Shown piece after piece: positions 59,877 through 64,000 of a stretch of 64,000 nucleotides of DNA. The stretch's first letter is position 1. Each line of letters starts with the position of its first letter. The notes below the pieces were generated by a model. That model was not told the DNA's origin. It did not search any database and saw only the letters and a program-made list of their open reading frames with translations. The stretch is taken from sequence record PV660463; one strand, written 5' to 3'. The position numbers were made by a program, and so were the translations under genes. This DNA is from Escherichia phage LF82-41.

Positions 59877-61319
59877 TTAAAATTTTAACTCATTGGCTAA
59901 GCTATCTAGGTCAGCACGTGTTGCTTTGGCTTTACCTACGCGTTCCGTACGATTCACCTCTGCCTGACGCATCTGAGCACCTGCGTTTTCATTTACTGTG
60001 TTAGGTGTGTTCATGCCTTCTTGCTCAATCTCAATCCATTTCTGGTTGCCTTTACGTACACCCATCAAGAACTTGTTCCACTTATTCTTATCACCGTATC
60101 GTGATTTGATTTGTTTGATAAGTTGTTGTTCAGCTTGTGCAAGTTCTTCAGTTTCAATTACAGCCAACATGAAATCTGCTGTTGCTGGTAAACCTGCTGA
60201 TTCTGCAATATCACTCATGTTCATGTCTGAAGCATCCCATGCTGCACGTCCTACTTGAGCTGCAGTCCATAGAACTGTTTCAGATTCTACTGCTAATGCA
60301 CGAAGTTCTTCTGCGATAGCTTTAACTAATGTGTAGCTATTTTCAGTGTAAACTCTGATACGACAAGACCCACAAATACCTAAGTAATCAACCATGATTA
60401 CAGATGGCACAAAGTTCTTCTTGAGTTTCAATTCATTAAGCAATGCACGAAATGTATTAGCATTAGCTCCACCGGTAGGATACTGTTTAACTACTAAACG
60501 TCCTAATGTTGTTTTTGAACGCCATTTTTCCATCTTGGCTTTATATTCAGCATAAGATACGTTACCATCATCGATATCATCGAGTGATACGTCAAGCATG
60601 TTTGCATCTATACGCTTAGCACAAACTTCTTCAGCCATTTCCATGGAAATATAAAGAACATTATGTCCTGTTTGAAGATAATCTGCAGCAAGTGAACAAA
60701 GGCCTAAAGATTTGCCGACGTTAACACCGGCCATTAAAACATTCAGTGTACCGGTTTCAGCACCACCTTTAGTGATTTTATTCAAAATGTTTAATTTGAA
60801 CGGGACCTTACGTGCTTTATTTAGATAAGAAAGCCAGCGTGCTTCATAGTCTTCCATCCAGTCATGACCAACATAACTATCAAACGAAATTGAAAGTGCT
60901 TGACGCATAATATCAGGAATAGCTCCTACGTCAGGCATTTTCTTGTTACGTTGTTCTGGAGGTAGTTCAGCATTAGACTGAATCTCAATGATTTTGGATG
61001 TAGCATTATACATCGCTTTTTGCTGGACATATTTCTCAGTTTCTTTAACCAACCATTCGTGGTCTTCAGGAGTATCAGCCAATTTTTCAATTAGGTCTGA
61101 AGTTCCTTTATATTCGGCTTCAGTTAAAGAACTGTTATCTAAAGCCACCTTTAATGCGTTGATAGATGGCATTGCATTATATTCGTTAACGTGGCTCTTT
61201 ATAATTTTAAAGACATTTTTTGCCGGTCCACGCTCAAAGTAATCAGAATCCATATAAGGCCAGACCTTAGAAAAATAAGCCTGGTCGTATACGAGATGAG
61301 ACAAAATAATTTCTACCAC
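59877..61319 (-). CDS. 41: replicative DNA helicase gp41 (DnaB-like)
   Basis: 480 aa; Walker A GVNVGKSLG; position between uvsX/40 and 61. Confidence 0.95.
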   Translation of the reverse strand: MVEIILSHLVYDQAYFSKVWPYMDSDYFERGPAKNVFKIIKSHVNEYNAMPSINALKVALDNSSLTEAEYKGTSDLIEKLADTPEDHEWLVKETEKYVQQKAMYNATSKIIEIQSNAELPPEQRNKKMPDVGAIPDIMRQALSISFDSYVGHDWMEDYEARWLSYLNKARKVPFKLNILNKITKGGAETGTLNVLMAGVNVGKSLGLCSLAADYLQTGHNVLYISMEMAEEVCAKRIDANMLDVSLDDIDDGNVSYAEYKAKMEKWRSKTTLGRLVVKQYPTGGANANTFRALLNELKLKKNFVPSVIMVDYLGICGSCRIRVYTENSYTLVKAIAEELRALAVESETVLWTAAQVGRAAWDASDMNMSDIAESAGLPATADFMLAVIETEELAQAEQQLIKQIKSRYGDKNKWNKFLMGVRKGNQKWIEIEQEGMNTPNTVNENAGAQMRQAEVNRTERVGKAKATRADLDSLANELKF

Positions 61320-61328
61320 GATAACTCC

Positions 61329-61673
61329 TTAAAAGAATTTAAATTTTTTCTTGGTTCGTTCATTAAAAGCTTGTTGTACTTGCATTGTAACACATTTTTC
61401 AACATGTGGTGCAAGTTCTGCTTTTCTGTCCTGGTCAAGAACTGCAAAGTCCATTACGATTTTACCATCAACCCAGTCTAGTTTTGTAATATAGACTATA
61501 TGATGGGAACCGTCTTCAAGTGTAATCAGAATCTCTTGAATGACATTTTCCATTGCTGAACGGACAATTTTAAGAGATTCATTAAACACTCGTTCTTTGC
61601 GAATGTCCTCCCCTTCCGAAGAAGGGGATTCATCAACGATTTCTAGATTTAAATCATCGAGATTATTCATCGA
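61329..61673 (-). CDS. 40: probable gp40 (head vertex assembly chaperone) by position
   Basis: Track ORF trimmed to internal ATG at 61673 (MNNLDDL...) to remove 150-nt overlap with uvsX; about 114 aa vs 120 aa in T4. Confidence 0.5.
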   Translation of the reverse strand, partial: SMNNLDDLNLEIVDESPSSEGEDIRKERVFNESLKIVRSAMENVIQEILITLEDGSHHIVYITKLDWVDGKIVMDFAVLDQDRKAELAPHVEKCVTMQVQQAFNERTKKKFKFF

Positions 61674-62835
61674 AATCTTCCATTTCGTCAAGGTCGTTTT
61701 CAATATCTGCTGCAGACGGAGCATCAGAAGCTTTAACAGGAACTTTAGTTGTTGCTTTGCAATTAATAAGGTCGTTAACAGCGTCATCAACTTCTTTAAT
61801 AGAAGAGATAGCACCTAGTTTATATTTAGTTTCAATTGCATCTCGGAAAGGTTTGTGTTTAAACAACGGTCCCCAGAATTCTACACAATCAGTAGCTTTA
61901 GCACGCCACGATTTCTCTTCACGAATCATTTCGCCTGTTTCTTCGTCAAGGAATTCACGAGCATACCAACCGGCTTTAGGCTTAACAACAAATCCAATTT
62001 CAGTTGCCATTTCTAACAAGCCACTGAATGGGTCGATACCACCATCAAAATTAACTGTGATTGGGAAAGTAGATTTCTCTTTAACTGTACGAGATTTTTC
62101 TGCTTTCAACGTGAAGTCATAACCGGTCAATTCTGTACCTTCTTTAACCTGACGTTTAGAGATAAAGAATACAGTGTTAGCAGAATAAAGAATACCTGTA
62201 CCACCGCCCATAATCTCTTTAGGATACAATCCGCCAATTTCCATTGCGGTATGGTTAATTGCAACACACGGAATATCTTTAATAGTCAGATACGGGGTCA
62301 CAATACGGAAAAGAGATTTAAGTGCCTTAGCACGAGACATATCACCTACAACTTTCTCGTTCAATGCATCTTCAGTTTCTTTCTTAGATGCAGTATTACC
62401 GATTGAATCGATAAAGATAATAACTTTATCACCGCGTTCAATCGCGTCAAGCTGATTAGTCATATCAACTTTAAGTTGTTCGACTGACTGAATTGGTGTA
62501 TGAACTACACGGTCTAAATCAACACCCATTGAACGAAAATAAGATTCTGAAGCACCAAATTCTGAATCATAGAACAAACAGATTGCATCTTTATATTTCT
62601 TCATATACGCTGCAACCATAGTTAGTCCAAACAACGTTTTAAAGTGTTTAGAAGGAGCAGCAAAAATAGTCAAGCCTGATTGCAATCCTGCATTCAGAGC
62701 ACCACCTAGTGCAATATTCAACATCGGAATACGAGTAGGGACTTCATCACGATTATTAAACAGCTTAGACTTAGTCAAGTCTGCAGTCATTTTAGAAGTA
62801 GAAGCTTTAATCAGACGAGATTTTAAATCAGACAT
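61663..62835 (-). CDS. uvsX: recombinase UvsX (RecA/Rad51 family)
   Basis: 390 aa; RecA-like P-loop region FAAPSKHFKT; acidic C-terminus. Confidence 0.95.
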   Translation of the reverse strand: MSDLKSRLIKASTSKMTADLTKSKLFNNRDEVPTRIPMLNIALGGALNAGLQSGLTIFAAPSKHFKTLFGLTMVAAYMKKYKDAICLFYDSEFGASESYFRSMGVDLDRVVHTPIQSVEQLKVDMTNQLDAIERGDKVIIFIDSIGNTASKKETEDALNEKVVGDMSRAKALKSLFRIVTPYLTIKDIPCVAINHTAMEIGGLYPKEIMGGGTGILYSANTVFFISKRQVKEGTELTGYDFTLKAEKSRTVKEKSTFPITVNFDGGIDPFSGLLEMATEIGFVVKPKAGWYAREFLDEETGEMIREEKSWRAKATDCVEFWGPLFKHKPFRDAIETKYKLGAISSIKEVDDAVNDLINCKATTKVPVKASDAPSAADIENDLDEMEDFDE

Positions 62836-62933
62836 TGTATTTTTCCATAGGCATCATTATATTTTACTCATGTTTAAAAGATAAAACGATTATATACTAA
62901 GGGTTATACAGCATTTAAAACTTTAAATGGCTC

Positions 62934-63482
62934 TTAACGAGCCCATTTAATGATTTCTGTAATCAAATTATTACGTTCGCTTGCATTAAATCCTATAACT
63001 TTGTTAGAACCATCATGATTAAGTAATTGATACGTTTGGATTTTGTTATGAATTGCAAACTCTTCAAAATGTGAAATGACTGTATTAAAACCGAATGAAG
63101 ACAAAGTAATAAGGTCGTCTTCAAAACTTTCAGTCATTTCGTTACGTGTTAAAATAATTGTGAACACATCATGGTTTTGGCAAAGACGAACATAATCCTG
63201 TTCATAAACGTCAAGAACCGAGTCCGCATCTTGTCGAATACGTCCATAAACCCAGTTACTAATATATCCACGGTCTAATAGATAAATCTTAGTAGGGTCT
63301 AAATAATTCAACATCGTTTCGAAACAGCCAACTTCATTTCGAGACTTAACATCGAAACGCCCATCAACTGTTCGTTTAGGGAAATCAATCTTTACATATC
63401 TTTCACTAATTTCCATTATGTCATTAATGAAAGTTGTTTTACCAGCATTATCCGGCCCGTCTACTAAAATAATTTTAGCCAT
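62934..63482 (-). CDS. thymidylate-kinase-like P-loop (d)NMP kinase
   Basis: 182 aa; P-loop LVDGPDNAGKTT (cf. TMK IEGLEGAGKTT) and LDRGYISNWVYG (cf. TMK DRH..S..AYQG); occupies position of T4 beta-gt. Confidence 0.6.
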   Translation of the reverse strand: MAKIILVDGPDNAGKTTFINDIMEISERYVKIDFPKRTVDGRFDVKSRNEVGCFETMLNYLDPTKIYLLDRGYISNWVYGRIRQDADSVLDVYEQDYVRLCQNHDVFTIILTRNEMTESFEDDLITLSSFGFNTVISHFEEFAIHNKIQTYQLLNHDGSNKVIGFNASERNNLITEIIKWAR

Positions 63483-63483
63483 T

Positions 63484-64000
63484 TTATTCCTCGATTACGA
63501 CATCTTCGTATTTAGGTATATTATACGGCGAAGAAATTAAAGCATTAAAGTAGATGAACTCACCAAGACCTGGATGGAATACTTCTTCAGGATTTTCGAA
63601 ATATTGAATCTTCGGACGTCCTTTAAGAATTTGATAGTACTCAGTTTTAGTTGGATTAAAAATTCGAATCAGCGCTTCTTCAGGATACTTATTTCTGTCG
63701 AAACTATTATTTGGATCAGTTATATAAAGCGGTTGACCTAATTGAATTGCGCATTCAACAACTTGTTCAAAACGATAGCATGGGTCACTAATTCGAAATG
63801 GATGAAAAATACCATCTAGATGAATAGGAGCCAAATCACCTACAAGACGCTGCATGACGGAAGGACGTATAACTTTCTGCGTTACGATAATCTTATTACC
63901 ATCTGCACCTGCGTTAACCAGCACTTCTTTTTGACGTTCATTCAACACAGTAGTTTGAAGTGAACGATTAACAGACAACATGTCGGTTTTTAAGAATTCA
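63484..64000 (-). CDS. hypothetical protein, 5' end probably beyond window
   Basis: Frame stays open upstream of the track start at 63981 to the window edge with no SD; no recognisable family; not dCMP hydroxymethylase-like. Confidence 0.45.
   Translation of the reverse strand, partial: EFLKTDMLSVNRSLQTTVLNERQKEVLVNAGADGNKIIVTQKVIRPSVMQRLVGDLAPIHLDGIFHPFRISDPCYRFEQVVECAIQLGQPLYITDPNNSFDRNKYPEEALIRIFNPTKTEYYQILKGRPKIQYFENPEEVFHPGLGEFIYFNALISSPYNIPKYEDVVIEE

Noticed and set aside
61674-61814. N-terminal extension of the gp40-like ORF (Leu/Lys-rich MLSLLLKKLMTLL...)
   Set aside because: This segment overlaps the 3' end of uvsX in another frame and is low-complexity; the internal ATG at 61673 is the likelier start.

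Overview
This 64 kb window reads as a contiguous segment of a T4-like (Tevenvirinae) myovirus genome, densely packed with about 100 short-spaced genes and no rRNA, tRNA, CRISPR or transposon signatures. Gene order follows the T4 map: (30.x ORFs) - rIII - 31 - cd - pseT - alc - rnlA(63) - denA - nrdB - nrdA - td - frd - 32 - 59 - 33 - dsbA - rnh on the minus strand; the late long-tail-fibre operon 34-35-36-37-38 plus holin t on the plus strand; then asiA - motA - 52 - ndd - rIIB - rIIA - topoisomerase 39 - dexA - dda - srd - modA - modB - soc - 56 - 61 - sp - 41 - 40 - uvsX on the minus strand. Names are assigned from conserved motifs, ORF lengths and synteny; no database search was possible. 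Many intergenic regions carry early-type promoters (-35 GTTTAC / -10 TATAAT-like) and UUCG-tetraloop hairpins, and three late promoters (TATAAATA) were found. The most interesting departures from the canonical T4 layout are: (1) a GT-B-fold glycosyltransferase gene between rIIA.1 and the topoisomerase gene, where T4 has gene 60/mobA; (2) a thymidylate-kinase-like P-loop kinase plus an unrecognised partial ORF just upstream of uvsX, where T4 carries beta-glucosyltransferase; (3) a complete class-I DAHP synthase translationally coupled to dCMP deaminase. Together (1) and (2) suggest a non-T4 DNA sugar-hypermodification module, but this is inference. Other differences: intron-free td and nrdB, a single fused 605-aa topoisomerase large subunit, no dam gene between 56 and 61, and a tandem triplicated paralog family upstream of dexA.
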